Shown: piece after piece, positions 1-10,891 of the stretch
Numbering within the stretch: position 1 is the stretch's first letter
How the letters are laid out: every line of letters begins with the position of its first letter
Origin: an uncultured virus (IMG/VR IMGVR_UViG_3300037635_003078)
Lineage: Duplodnaviria > Heunggongvirae > Uroviricota > Caudoviricetes
IMG/VR virus record: IMGVR_UViG_3300037635_003078
Length of the DNA stretch: 64,000 bases
Reading direction: 5' to 3' (one strand)
Notes under the pieces: model-generated
The model's database searches: none
What the model saw: the letters and a program-made list of their open reading frames with translations, nothing else
What the model was told of the DNA's origin: nothing
Translations under genes and position numbers: made by a program

Positions 1-2811
1 AACCTATTCTACCTAAAAGATACAGGTGCTTGGTCATTGGGTGACCTCACAATAGTACACCAATCAGTTTGGGATAAGTCTCCAGGATTTCCACCATCGG
101 TTGATTACAAAGGTGATACTAAGATTGCAGTATTTCATGGACCGGTTGATAAGATTGAGACTGAACATGGATTTGCTATCGAGAATAAGAACATCAATGT
201 AGGAAACTTTGATGGGTATGATATGGTGATGTTGGGTGATATCCATAAACCAAATAATGCAGTTCAAGGTGTTGATACAATAAAGTACGCAGGTTCACTT
301 ATAGTTCAGAATCATGGTGAGGCAAAATATCCAGACCATGGTATTTTAGTTTGGGATGTTCTAACTCGTACAAGTGAGTTTGTAAGAATTCCAAATGACT
401 ATGGTTATGTAACCGTTGATATTGAAGAGGGTAAGATTGTATCAAGTATGCCAATTCCTCAAAAACCACGAATGAGAGTTCGTGTAAAAGATACTAAGGC
501 ATCTGAACTAAACAAGATTATAGCAGACTTAAAGAAGGGTAGGCAGGTTCAAGAATTAACGATACAAAAAGTAATTACTCGTAAAAGTGGTAGTGATAGT
601 GAAAAGATTGTTCTTCAGAATGTACGTGATACTGCTTTCCAAAATAAATTGATTGAAGATTTCTTAAATGAAAACGAACACCTCACCGAACAGCAACTTG
701 AAGTTGTTAAAGGTATTAATAACGACATCAACTCAAAGTTGGGAATCCACCGAGCAATTACCAACACCACTTGGATACCAAAGAAGTTTGAATTCTCGAA
801 TATGTTCTCGTATGGTCCTAACAATGTTGTAGACTTTAGTCAAATGAAAGGAGCATATGGTATCTTTGCTCCAAACGCAAGTGGTAAATCAACCTTATGG
901 GATGCTCTTTCATTTTGTATATTCGATAAATGTTCTCGTACTTCTAAAGCAGAAGACGTTATGAACTATTCTAAGATGTCATTTAATTGTTCATTTACTT
1001 TTGAATTAAATGGTGTTGATTATACAATTGAACGTACCGCAAAAAAATCACCAAAGCGTGGTACTGTGAAGGTTAATACTGACTTTTATAGAATTATAGA
1101 TGGTCAGAAAGAATCTTTAAATGGTGAACAGCGTAGAGATACAAATGTAAATATAAGAGAATATGTTGGAACATACGAGGATTTCATCCTTACAGCCATG
1201 TCAACCCAATCGAACAATAGTGGGTTCATCGAAAAGTCTCAGAAGGAACGAAAAGAACTCCTCGCCCAATTCTTGGACATGGATGTCTTTGAAGGGTTAT
1301 ACCAAATCGCAAGTGAGGAGATTAAAGAATTATCAGCTCTTTTAAAAGATTACAAAAACCAAGACCTACCAACACAACTTGCAGAGGCAGAAGATACATT
1401 GACATCAATTACTGGCTCATTGACCGACCTACAAGATAGACGTTCGGAGTTGGAGACAAAATGTGATAACACAAACATTAAAATAGAATTTGAAATGGGC
1501 GCACTCAAGCCTGTTGAAGATTTAGGTGATGTTTCTGATTTAGAAGATAAGCTCGAACTACAACAAGAGTACATTAACAAACAACAAATGTCATGTGATG
1601 GGGTATCGGTATCTATTAAAAAAACAAATACTGATATAAAGAATATTCAGTCTAAACTATCTAAGTTTAACGAGAGTGAATTAATTGAGTCAGATAAACA
1701 ATACAAGATACTCGATAATAAATTTAATCAGATGGGTGTTGAGTTAACCAAATTAGAATCAGAAATGGTTCATTCAAAAAAACACTTAGATGGTATTGGG
1801 TCATTGACCTTTGATGAAACTTGTGAACATTGTGTAAAAAATCAAAACACTCCGTTTGCTAAACAAGCACAAACACTTGAGGTTGGGTTAGAACGATTAG
1901 GTAAAGAATACTCAACGTTAGTTTCAAGTAGGTTAGATGTAATGACTGAACGAGATACCCATGATGTATCAGCTAAACTAAAAGTATATAATGAGTTAGT
2001 ATTAGATTCTAAAGAGTTACATAGTGAGTTAAGTAAGTATGAATCTGAGTATGATGGGTGTATTCTTCGTGTTGATAATATGACCTTAGAGATGGAATCT
2101 TTAAAAGAAAAGGTAACTCGTGCTAAAAATCAACAAGAAGCTGTAACCCATAATGCTCAAATACAAGAAAAGGTAAAATCTTTTAAAATCACACGAGATA
2201 AACTTAAAGATGAGATTCGTGATATTACCACCGAGATTATGGATGTTAATTCGGATATTAAGTTAGCCGAAAAAACAATAGATATGGTAAATACGTCAAT
2301 CGATAAACTTCGTGATATGGAAGTTCGTTTTGATGGTTATGAATATTATCTTAAATGTGTAAAGAGAGATGGTATACCATATAATCTTATTTCAGATGTC
2401 TTACCTAAGTTAGAGGTTGAGATTAACAACATACTACAACCAATAGTAGACTTTCAAGTACTACTAAATACTGATGGTAAGAATATCAACTCATACATTG
2501 CATATGGTACTGAGGAATATTGGCCATTAGAACTTACAAGTGGTATGGAAAAGTTCATATCGTCAATTGCAATTAGAACCGCATTGATTAATGTATCGAA
2601 TCTACCAAGACCAAACTTCATTGCTATTGATGAGGGATTTGGTTCATTAGACACGGATAACTTTAATTCTTTATATTTATTATTTGACTACCTAAAGACA
2701 CAATTTGATTTTATCATAACAATATCACACATTGATAAGACTAGAGATATGGTTGACCAAATAATTGATATAAATAAAGTTAGGGGATTCTCTAAGGTGT
2801 CATATTTATAA
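1..2811 (+). CDS. SbcD/Mre11 nuclease - SbcC/Rad50 ATPase fusion (T4 gp47+gp46-like), 5'-truncated
   Basis: Frame is open back to base 1. Phosphoesterase motifs FHG, LGDIH, YAGS; Walker A APNASGKST; coiled coil with CEHC zinc hook; signature TSGMEK; Walker B IAIDEGFGSLD; H-loop ISH. Confidence 0.9.
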   Translation, partial: NLFYLKDTGAWSLGDLTIVHQSVWDKSPGFPPSVDYKGDTKIAVFHGPVDKIETEHGFAIENKNINVGNFDGYDMVMLGDIHKPNNAVQGVDTIKYAGSLIVQNHGEAKYPDHGILVWDVLTRTSEFVRIPNDYGYVTVDIEEGKIVSSMPIPQKPRMRVRVKDTKASELNKIIADLKKGRQVQELTIQKVITRKSGSDSEKIVLQNVRDTAFQNKLIEDFLNENEHLTEQQLEVVKGINNDINSKLGIHRAITNTTWIPKKFEFSNMFSYGPNNVVDFSQMKGAYGIFAPNASGKSTLWDALSFCIFDKCSRTSKAEDVMNYSKMSFNCSFTFELNGVDYTIERTAKKSPKRGTVKVNTDFYRIIDGQKESLNGEQRRDTNVNIREYVGTYEDFILTAMSTQSNNSGFIEKSQKERKELLAQFLDMDVFEGLYQIASEEIKELSALLKDYKNQDLPTQLAEAEDTLTSITGSLTDLQDRRSELETKCDNTNIKIEFEMGALKPVEDLGDVSDLEDKLELQQEYINKQQMSCDGVSVSIKKTNTDIKNIQSKLSKFNESELIESDKQYKILDNKFNQMGVELTKLESEMVHSKKHLDGIGSLTFDETCEHCVKNQNTPFAKQAQTLEVGLERLGKEYSTLVSSRLDVMTERDTHDVSAKLKVYNELVLDSKELHSELSKYESEYDGCILRVDNMTLEMESLKEKVTRAKNQQEAVTHNAQIQEKVKSFKITRDKLKDEIRDITTEIMDVNSDIKLAEKTIDMVNTSIDKLRDMEVRFDGYEYYLKCVKRDGIPYNLISDVLPKLEVEINNILQPIVDFQVLLNTDGKNINSYIAYGTEEYWPLELTSGMEKFISSIAIRTALINVSNLPRPNFIAIDEGFGSLDTDNFNSLYLLFDYLKTQFDFIITISHIDKTRDMVDQIIDINKVRGFSKVSYL

Positions 2812-2831
2812 GAAAGTAATGGAGTCCGTTA

Positions 2832-5800
2832 ATGGGATTAGAACTAAAACGAAGGTCTAAGCAATTTTTAAGTAAAATATCAAACGCTCTTGATTTAGAT
2901 GATAAAGAGGCAGTTAGGGTATTTGGTATCAGAAACTTTCCAGAATTTTTTGGAGAGGGTAAGAACTCGTTTAGAATAAAACCACAACCACGCTCGATTG
3001 TTACTAATACTCAAATTGACGTTGAGGTATTGGATAGTAATGGCAATACGATATATTGGGAAGCTCCCAAGTATAAGGATGACGATAAATCTCAACTGAT
3101 TACTGTTTGGGTTTACTCTGACGATAACGATAGGTATCATACTCCTGATGGAATATGTACGGTAACAATCGTAGCAAATACCACGGAAGGTCCTATCAGA
3201 TACACTCGTGAAGTAAATGTTGTAAAAAATCAAAAATCAATATCTGATATTGTTTTCGTAGATACTCCGAATGGAGAGGTGTCAGCCTCAGTTGATTCAT
3301 TTACAGAACTACCCCAAACAAATGGTGTACTATCAAAGGTTTCAGTAAATGGTGAGTTTACTTACAAGAAGTCTATATATGGTGACGATGTTTCGTTTGA
3401 GGTATCTACACCCATAATAAATGGTGAAATGCTGGGTGGTACTCTTGAATTAGATTTATCATCTACCACTTTATTTCCACGATTGACTGGCGGCCAACCA
3501 CAACCGACACACGTTACTTCAAGTATTACTGAAGTTATAACAAACAATATATTTAGAGTTGGGTTACCAATTACATCAAGCGATAATCGTAGTGATGGTT
3601 CAATTCATACATATGAATATTCCAACGACACTATAACCGGTACAATACGATATCAGTCAACTGGTTCGTTAAATACAACTCAAAATCAAGTAGCAGTTGC
3701 AAATATTACATTATCAAATGTAAATCCGGTATCGGGTAGAATTAGCTCTGTAAATACCTTGATTAAATCACAAGGGTTACCAAACTCTGATTTTGAGATA
3801 ATATCAAATACTGACGTTCCAAACGAACCTGATATTTCATATAAAGTTGTAATACCAACCGAACAATTAAACGACCCTAAAACTTTAAAGATTCAATTCT
3901 TAAATAAGAATGGTAATGTATCTAATACTGAAATATTAATTGAAGGTATTATATTTGAGGGTGGTAACGTTTATATAGGTGGGTCAGAATCCATAATTAC
4001 TGGTTCTATATTCGTATCAAATGCTATTGGTAGTGGTTTAGAAATAGGCGGTCATTCAAGTGGTTTTCTAAAATCAGTAGGATATGATGGCCAAATTTCG
4101 GCATCGGAAGGTAAAGGACCTGGTGGATTCATACTATATAGTGGTAGTAACGCATTACAAATGGGTAGTGATGTACTACGTGGTGTTGGTATGCAGTTTG
4201 TTGGTGACAATGACGATAGACACTTAATATTTACAACAGCCGATGGTGGGTTGTTGGATGTCAAAACTGATAAGTTTTTTATTGGTACAACCAACACTCA
4301 ATTTATAAGTGGGTCTGATTCTAATATAGAAATCAGTTCTTCACTATTTCACTTAGACCCCAAGAATGACCGATTAGTAATTGGTGCTGACGCTATTATA
4401 GAAGCAGACTTATCAGCAAACAATATTCGTACTCCTGCAACAATTGGTGGTAATCAATCCACCGACTTAAATGCAAGTTCATCTATAACACAAGATGGGT
4501 TCGCTCGATTTGTATCCGCAAGTATTGGTGGTTGGAACGTAGACACTGGTTCAATCTTTAGTGATAATTTAGAGATAAATTCAACAGGTAAGATAAAAAC
4601 GAGAGATTACATATCAGATACTAAAGGGTGGTTAATTGATGAGACTGGTATAGCTGAATTCGCTAATGTTAAGATTCGTGGTACTCTTGCAACTACAACC
4701 TTTGAGAAGGAAAGTGTAAACGCAGTAGGTGGTCAACTATATGTTGCTAATTCTACTACTTTGAGTGGGTCATATAGTTCAAGTATAACGCCAGTACCTT
4801 CGAGTGGGGTAACATCGTCTACATCACTACCAACTGAGTTTGGTGATAATAGTACGGATAAGATTGAATTTCCACAATTTACTCCATATCAATTAGTATC
4901 TGTTGAAGATTCCACAAAGTTTACTATTGATACACCAATCTTCGCAAATGGTGGTACTGCATTTTTGTATTATAGTTCAAGTAACGCATTTGGTTCACAA
5001 GTCTCGGCAAGTGAAGAAGTTACAGTAAGTACAACAATACCATATTCAGCATCGTTCTTAAATCGGACTGGTGTTATTAATGGTCAGAGTACCTTTGAAT
5101 ACACTGACTTTGTTGTACAAACGCCATTACCACCCACGGGCCAAGAAGACCATTTTGTAGATGAAGTATGTACTATTACGGAAATGAATGGGGCAATCGT
5201 ATTTAGTAATAGTAGTGATACAGCCACCGCTACGTTGACCTCTTTAGGCCCTCCAACTGAAATTACACTTGAACCTGGAGTTACATTTAACGGAGCTTAT
5301 AGTGGTCAAACTTTAGAATTCGCATTATCATTTACAAACTCTACGAGTGTAACTGAACACCAAGCAACTAATATTGTTTATAAGAAAGTTGGAATTTGGC
5401 CAGCTTCAATTGTAGATGATGGTGAGATTACATTTGACGATGGTGGTGGTAGTCATACGTTCGATATCCTCGAACGTGTTAGTGATACACAACTAAAAAT
5501 AGACACATCATCACATAAACCAAATACCAGCGCGTCGTTTGTAGGCGCATCTGGTAACTATTCACAATCATTATCCGACACACGAACTATAAGCGCTGGT
5601 ACAACTACAACAACACAATTTATTTACGATAACATATCACCATCTTCAAGTAGATTTATAGTAGAAAATGTAACAGGCTTCGCAGAAGGTGAAATACTAA
5701 CTTTAAAAAAAGTAAATAATACTGGATTTACAACTGAGTACGTTAGAGTACATAGTTCAACACGATTGGATGGTAGTAGTGATACCGACCTAACAGGTAT

Positions 5801-7229
5801 ATTAGACGTTACACGTTCATATGGTAGTGGTACGACCGGAGATACTGCCTCACTTGGGGATATTGCATCGGTAGCACAAGAATACGATACTGGTCAGGTG
5901 GTGGTATCTACTGGTAAAATCGGAAGTGGTTACATTAGAATTAACGCGAATCCAAATGACCCATCTACACCATATATTGATATTGTAGAAAGAACGGGTA
6001 GTGGTTTATATGATGTAGACCTTAAAGCACGTTTGGGTGACCTTAGTGGGTTAGCCGGTAGTAATATGGTATTGGGTAATAATACTCCTGGTTTTGGTTT
6101 AGCTACTGATAATGTATTCCTTCAAGGTGGTATCATTGCAACCTTTGGTGAAATCGGTGGGTTTGGTATAAACGCCACTACAATATCATCATCAAACAAT
6201 AATCTTATTTTAAGAAGTAATGGTCAGATAACCGGTTCAGCTGCATTATTAAGTGGTAGTGATGTTGTGATTGACGTAGAAGACTTTACTTTAAACTCAA
6301 CAAACTTCAAAGTAAATTCTGCTGGTGATATTACTGGCTCTAATGTGTTATTCGATGGTGGCACTATTGGTGGATTTGAATTAGGGTCTAATATTATATC
6401 ATCATCAAATGGCGATTTAGTTTTAAAATCGAATGGTGAAATTACCGGCTCTAATGTATTATTTAACAACGGAATAGTCGGTGGTTTTGAAATAGGAAGT
6501 AATCAGATATCATCATCTAATTCAGCATTAATTCTAAAGAATAATGGGCATATTACAGGATCAGCAGTACGTTTAACCACAACAGTTGGTAGTCAGTTGT
6601 ACGAAGTCCTTGACACCACTAAGGGTATAATTGATGCTAAGAATGTTGGTAGACAACTATACATGAGTTCCGATGAGCATATACTCCAAAACTCAAATAG
6701 TAATTCAGGAAAAACAGTATCATCTGATAAAATTACAATTATATGGCAGGGGTTTAGACACGAAACGCGTGTTAATATTTCATTTCAGGGGTTATTCGAA
6801 AAACATGGCACTGGAAAAGCGATAGGTGGATTTCAAGGTTCGTTATACACTGCAATATCAGGCTCTGATAATTCTGCTGACACTTATTATGATAATTGGC
6901 AATCGTTACGTACTAATCAAGGTATGGCTGTATTTGGAACTACTGGCACAAATACACCCTATTCTGCATCGGAATCGAATATTGGTCCTGACGCTTTTAC
7001 GTTTGAAATTGATAATTACACCGATGGGTTAAGTACATATAATCACGAAAAATATCAAACACAATTATTTAAACTTGAACTACAACCATATGTTCAGAAC
7101 CTCATAACAACAACAGGAACTTCAAGAGTTAAAATAAAAAATATATCAGTTTGGACATCACGTGGATTAGCTAGTACATTTGAGGCACTTCCAGTTCAAC
7201 CGAACAATGGTGGGTTTGGTCTTCCATAA
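2832..7229 (+). CDS. Large virion structural / tail-fibre-like protein (1465 aa)
   Basis: Ser/Thr/Gly-rich beta-type sequence; fibre-like segments GWLIDETGIAEFANVKIRG and repeated IGGF-x-ISSSN-x-LILKSNG-x-ITGS; preceded by the late motif. Confidence 0.6.
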   Translation: MGLELKRRSKQFLSKISNALDLDDKEAVRVFGIRNFPEFFGEGKNSFRIKPQPRSIVTNTQIDVEVLDSNGNTIYWEAPKYKDDDKSQLITVWVYSDDNDRYHTPDGICTVTIVANTTEGPIRYTREVNVVKNQKSISDIVFVDTPNGEVSASVDSFTELPQTNGVLSKVSVNGEFTYKKSIYGDDVSFEVSTPIINGEMLGGTLELDLSSTTLFPRLTGGQPQPTHVTSSITEVITNNIFRVGLPITSSDNRSDGSIHTYEYSNDTITGTIRYQSTGSLNTTQNQVAVANITLSNVNPVSGRISSVNTLIKSQGLPNSDFEIISNTDVPNEPDISYKVVIPTEQLNDPKTLKIQFLNKNGNVSNTEILIEGIIFEGGNVYIGGSESIITGSIFVSNAIGSGLEIGGHSSGFLKSVGYDGQISASEGKGPGGFILYSGSNALQMGSDVLRGVGMQFVGDNDDRHLIFTTADGGLLDVKTDKFFIGTTNTQFISGSDSNIEISSSLFHLDPKNDRLVIGADAIIEADLSANNIRTPATIGGNQSTDLNASSSITQDGFARFVSASIGGWNVDTGSIFSDNLEINSTGKIKTRDYISDTKGWLIDETGIAEFANVKIRGTLATTTFEKESVNAVGGQLYVANSTTLSGSYSSSITPVPSSGVTSSTSLPTEFGDNSTDKIEFPQFTPYQLVSVEDSTKFTIDTPIFANGGTAFLYYSSSNAFGSQVSASEEVTVSTTIPYSASFLNRTGVINGQSTFEYTDFVVQTPLPPTGQEDHFVDEVCTITEMNGAIVFSNSSDTATATLTSLGPPTEITLEPGVTFNGAYSGQTLEFALSFTNSTSVTEHQATNIVYKKVGIWPASIVDDGEITFDDGGGSHTFDILERVSDTQLKIDTSSHKPNTSASFVGASGNYSQSLSDTRTISAGTTTTTQFIYDNISPSSSRFIVENVTGFAEGEILTLKKVNNTGFTTEYVRVHSSTRLDGSSDTDLTGILDVTRSYGSGTTGDTASLGDIASVAQEYDTGQVVVSTGKIGSGYIRINANPNDPSTPYIDIVERTGSGLYDVDLKARLGDLSGLAGSNMVLGNNTPGFGLATDNVFLQGGIIATFGEIGGFGINATTISSSNNNLILRSNGQITGSAALLSGSDVVIDVEDFTLNSTNFKVNSAGDITGSNVLFDGGTIGGFELGSNIISSSNGDLVLKSNGEITGSNVLFNNGIVGGFEIGSNQISSSNSALILKNNGHITGSAVRLTTTVGSQLYEVLDTTKGIIDAKNVGRQLYMSSDEHILQNSNSNSGKTVSSDKITIIWQGFRHETRVNISFQGLFEKHGTGKAIGGFQGSLYTAISGSDNSADTYYDNWQSLRTNQGMAVFGTTGTNTPYSASESNIGPDAFTFEIDNYTDGLSTYNHEKYQTQLFKLELQPYVQNLITTTGTSRVKIKNISVWTSRGLASTFEALPVQPNNGGFGLP

Positions 7230-7264
7230 TTGGAATTTAAAAATAATTTAGGATACTTATTAGT

Positions 7265-9553
7265 ATGGGAAAATTAATAAACGAATGGGTAACGGAATCA
7301 ATCCTTACCGAAGACATTAAAAAAACAGTGGTAACTTACGTAGGTAGGTTTCATCCATTCCATTCTGGCCATAACGCAACATACCAACACTTAGTTAAAA
7401 AGTTTGGTAAAGATAATGTGTATATAGGTACGTCTGATAAGGTACAATTACCAAAGTCACCATTCACTTTCAAAGAGAAAGTTAAGATAATGACTACTAT
7501 GTTTGGTATTCCCAAAAATAAAATAGTAAAGGTAAAAAACCCATATTCACCAAAAGAGATTCTACAATCATTTTCAGAAGAGACTACTGCATTTATCACA
7601 GTAGTTGGTGAGAAGGACAAGAGTAGATTGGGTGGTAAATACTTTGAACCATATAAGGGTAAGGTAGAAAAGGGTTATGCTGATGTCGGTTACGTTTATG
7701 TAGCACCATCACAAGGAAACGGAATATCTGGTACTCAAGTACGTAAGGGTATGTCTGATTCGGATGAGAAATCTCGTATTAAGTTTTTCAAGTCAGTATA
7801 CCCAAAGTTCAACCAAAAGATTTATGATTTAGTTTCAGGTCGTTTAATAAAAGTAGAATCCGTAATGGAATCGTTCTTACAAACATTTGATATTAATGAA
7901 ATGTTATCCGAAGCTTCATCATTACCACCAAGTGGTAAGGGTATAGTAGATGATGGTCCTGGCGCTTTCTATGGTAATATGAAAACTTTTAAGAAAGAGA
8001 TGAATGATGTAACTTCTACATTAGGCTGGCAAATTATATCATACCTAATGGATGATGATTCCATGGAGTCATTTGATACATCATACCCTAATGGGTCTGG
8101 TAGATATCCGGTATCATTTTTTCCAAGTGGTGATACCATGGATGGTCAGAAAATGAGATATGGAACGGATGTAACCGGCAGACCGGGATATAAAAAGTGG
8201 GCTAAACATATTAAGAAAGTTGCCCTTCGTTTGGGTATGGAATTCGTTAAGTTTGCTGAACCAAAGGATATTGAAAATCTTACTTCTAAAATTGATAATG
8301 AAAAAACTAAAGATAAAAAAAATAATCTAAAAGAAGGTATTCTTAATGAAGGTGGTGCATATGGTCATATGAATCACCCATTTGATATTGAGTTAGGCCT
8401 TACATTTGGTGATTTAAAAATAATAATAGATAACGCTCTAAATGGTAAGTTAGAATTTACACGAGAAAAAACCGATGGACAAGCACTTGCTATATCATAT
8501 AGAAGTGACAAAGGTATCATCGCTGCAAGAAATAAATCACATCTAAAAGATAAAGGACTTAATGCATTAGACATTAAGGGTGTTTCAGATAAATTTGCTA
8601 ATAGAGGTGGTTTGACCGATGCGTATAATTTCGCTATGAGAGATTTGGAATCTGCGATTTCAAAACTATCAAAAGCACAAAAAGAAAAAGTCTTCAAGAA
8701 TGGTTCAAAGTTTATGAACATCGAAGTCATCTGGCCGGAGTCAGTAAACGTAGTACCATATGGTCAACCCCTATTAGTATTTCATGGAACTATGGAATAC
8801 AACGAAAAAGGTGAAGCTATTGGAGCAGACACCTCTGATGCAAGAATCTTAGCCGGTATGATTAAACAAGTAAATGCGGATGTACAAGATGCATATACAA
8901 TACAAGGCCCTCCGGTTGTAACTCTCCCAAAGAATCAAGAACTATCAAAAATGAAATCAAAGTTCTTTAGTCAATTATCTAAAGTTCAAAAAGAATTTAA
9001 ACTTAAAGATAGTGATGGTGTAGCTGAATACCATCAACGTTGGTGGGAACAGTATGTTGATAAAAACTCACCATCTTCATTAGACAACAAAACCAAAATG
9101 GGTCTTGTTAAACGTTGGGCATTTTATGATAAGGGATTCCGTTTGGATAAGAAAAACATTTCTGATTCTAAAACATTAGATTGGGCAAAGAAGACTGATA
9201 AAATAGACCAAATTAAAATATCCAAACAAAACATACGTAAGTTTGAAGATATATTCTTAGGTGTAGGTGCCGAGGTATTATCCTTTATGTCATCAGCTTT
9301 AACTGTAAATCCAGACAAAGCTCTTCGTGCAATGCAAAAACGACTCGACCAAACCATCAAAGACGTTAGGAAATCGGGCGACCCAAAAAAGATTGAAAAA
9401 TTAAAATTAGAATTAGAAAGACTAAAAGCCGTAGGTGGTAGAGATAAGATTGTTCCAAATGAGGGATTGGTATTCGCATATAAAGGATACACCATGAAAC
9501 TTACAGGTACATTTGCATCACTCAACCAAATCCTTGGTTTAATGTATTTTTAA
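7265..9553 (+). CDS. Cytidylyltransferase-like (HIGH) domain fused to a C-terminal ligase-like nucleotidyltransferase domain
   Basis: N-terminal YVGRFHPFHSGH and ISGTQVR; C-terminal REKTDG, NIEVI, NEGLVF, MKLTG. Confidence 0.7.
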   Translation: MGKLINEWVTESILTEDIKKTVVTYVGRFHPFHSGHNATYQHLVKKFGKDNVYIGTSDKVQLPKSPFTFKEKVKIMTTMFGIPKNKIVKVKNPYSPKEILQSFSEETTAFITVVGEKDKSRLGGKYFEPYKGKVEKGYADVGYVYVAPSQGNGISGTQVRKGMSDSDEKSRIKFFKSVYPKFNQKIYDLVSGRLIKVESVMESFLQTFDINEMLSEASSLPPSGKGIVDDGPGAFYGNMKTFKKEMNDVTSTLGWQIISYLMDDDSMESFDTSYPNGSGRYPVSFFPSGDTMDGQKMRYGTDVTGRPGYKKWAKHIKKVALRLGMEFVKFAEPKDIENLTSKIDNEKTKDKKNNLKEGILNEGGAYGHMNHPFDIELGLTFGDLKIIIDNALNGKLEFTREKTDGQALAISYRSDKGIIAARNKSHLKDKGLNALDIKGVSDKFANRGGLTDAYNFAMRDLESAISKLSKAQKEKVFKNGSKFMNIEVIWPESVNVVPYGQPLLVFHGTMEYNEKGEAIGADTSDARILAGMIKQVNADVQDAYTIQGPPVVTLPKNQELSKMKSKFFSQLSKVQKEFKLKDSDGVAEYHQRWWEQYVDKNSPSSLDNKTKMGLVKRWAFYDKGFRLDKKNISDSKTLDWAKKTDKIDQIKISKQNIRKFEDIFLGVGAEVLSFMSSALTVNPDKALRAMQKRLDQTIKDVRKSGDPKKIEKLKLELERLKAVGGRDKIVPNEGLVFAYKGYTMKLTGTFASLNQILGLMYF

Positions 9554-9589
9554 CATACTTATAGTAATAAAAGTTATATATAAAAAGTT

Positions 9590-10168
9590 ATGTCAAAATT
9601 AAACAACATCAAGGCAGTCAAAGAAATGATTGCTGGAAACCACCGAACACAAACAAAGAACACGGTGGCATTTGATGCACATAAAGAGTTCGTCAAACGA
9701 GAAGTTGGTGACCAGTGGATTGATGATGATGGAAATACATGGGAGCAGAAGAAAGGATACAAAGTAAAACTTGGTAAACTTTCGGAATTGAGAAACACAC
9801 TCAAGGACTTTCCTAATTGTAAAAAAGATACGTGTACATCGCATACGAATCCAACTCGTAACGATATTAAGATGCAGGCCATTCATGGTATGTGTCTAAA
9901 TTGTGTTATTAGTATGGAACATCAAATGAAAATTGATGGTACGTATAGTGAGTATGAACGTAAAAAGAAGCTAGAAAACGCAAAAGCTTGGTTAGCCCAA
10001 GCTGAGTTGGAAAAGGATACTATAAAGTTAGCTATGAAAGCTAGGTTTGTGAATGAAGATGGGTCACTTGAAGATTGGGATGGTGGTTCATGGGAAGAGA
10101 TTGAAGAAAAGATAGAAACTGAGTTTCAAAATTTTAAAGAAACCTTTATCCAAAAATTGGAGAAATAA
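9590..10168 (+). CDS. Hypothetical protein with two Cys pairs (possible Zn binding)
   Basis: 192 aa ORF after late motif; CKKDTC and CLNC. Confidence 0.7.
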   Translation: MSKLNNIKAVKEMIAGNHRTQTKNTVAFDAHKEFVKREVGDQWIDDDGNTWEQKKGYKVKLGKLSELRNTLKDFPNCKKDTCTSHTNPTRNDIKMQAIHGMCLNCVISMEHQMKIDGTYSEYERKKKLENAKAWLAQAELEKDTIKLAMKARFVNEDGSLEDWDGGSWEEIEEKIETEFQNFKETFIQKLEK

Positions 10169-10169
10169 A

Positions 10170-10580
10170 TTGAAAACATTTATTAAAGAAACATATAAAT
10201 TCTACACCGAAGATGGTATACCTCATACATTAGCTATGGAGTATACCATTTCCGATGTTTACGAACGACTATGTACTGAAGGTGTAATGACTGAAGATTT
10301 ACGTAAGTGGTTTGGTAAAGGTAAGACTGGTTCATCAGATGGTGGTGGATGGGATAGATATAGTTCTGATGGTAAGAAGTTAGGTAAATGTGGTGATGGT
10401 AAAGAGGGTGGTGCATACGCTGCATGTTTATCAAAAGAAAAGGCTGCAAAACTTGGACCAAAGGGTAGAGCAACTTTCGTGAATAGAAAGAGACGTGCTC
10501 AAAAGAAGAGTGGCGATTCAAAAAAAGGTGGAAATCGGACTAAAGGAAAAAAACCAACAAACTCAAAGACTGGGGCATAA
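10170..10580 (+). CDS. Basic hypothetical phage protein (TTG start)
   Basis: Abuts upstream stop; EDLRKWFG...GGWDRY...KCG...ACL basic module. Confidence 0.65.
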   Translation: MKTFIKETYKFYTEDGIPHTLAMEYTISDVYERLCTEGVMTEDLRKWFGKGKTGSSDGGGWDRYSSDGKKLGKCGDGKEGGAYAACLSKEKAAKLGPKGRATFVNRKRRAQKKSGDSKKGGNRTKGKKPTNSKTGA

Positions 10581-10583
10581 GAT

Positions 10584-10883
10584 ATGATTAAGTTAAAACA
10601 ATTACTAAACGAGAGTGATTACAAGATATATCACAAATCATTTACTGCAGCATCTGAAGAAGCAAGGAAGCTTGCTGAAAAACGTGGATTCGAAATCGAT
10701 GAAGACGATTGGCAGTCTCAGATTGTAATGGGTGGTCGTAACAAACGCTCAAGACCAAGTGAAGGTAAAACTACTGAGTTCACAATTAGATTACTTAAAG
10801 GTGGTAAACCACAACGTAAGTCTCTTCAAATCCAAGTATATGGTATGAAGAAGGGTTATGAACTAAACGCATACATCAACTAA
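10584..10883 (+). CDS. Hypothetical protein, probable internal head protein
   Basis: 99 aa; N-terminal MIKLKQLLNE leader shared with other head-cluster proteins. Confidence 0.65.
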   Translation: MIKLKQLLNESDYKIYHKSFTAASEEARKLAEKRGFEIDEDDWQSQIVMGGRNKRSRPSEGKTTEFTIRLLKGGKPQRKSLQIQVYGMKKGYELNAYIN

Positions 10884-10891
10884 GGGGTATT

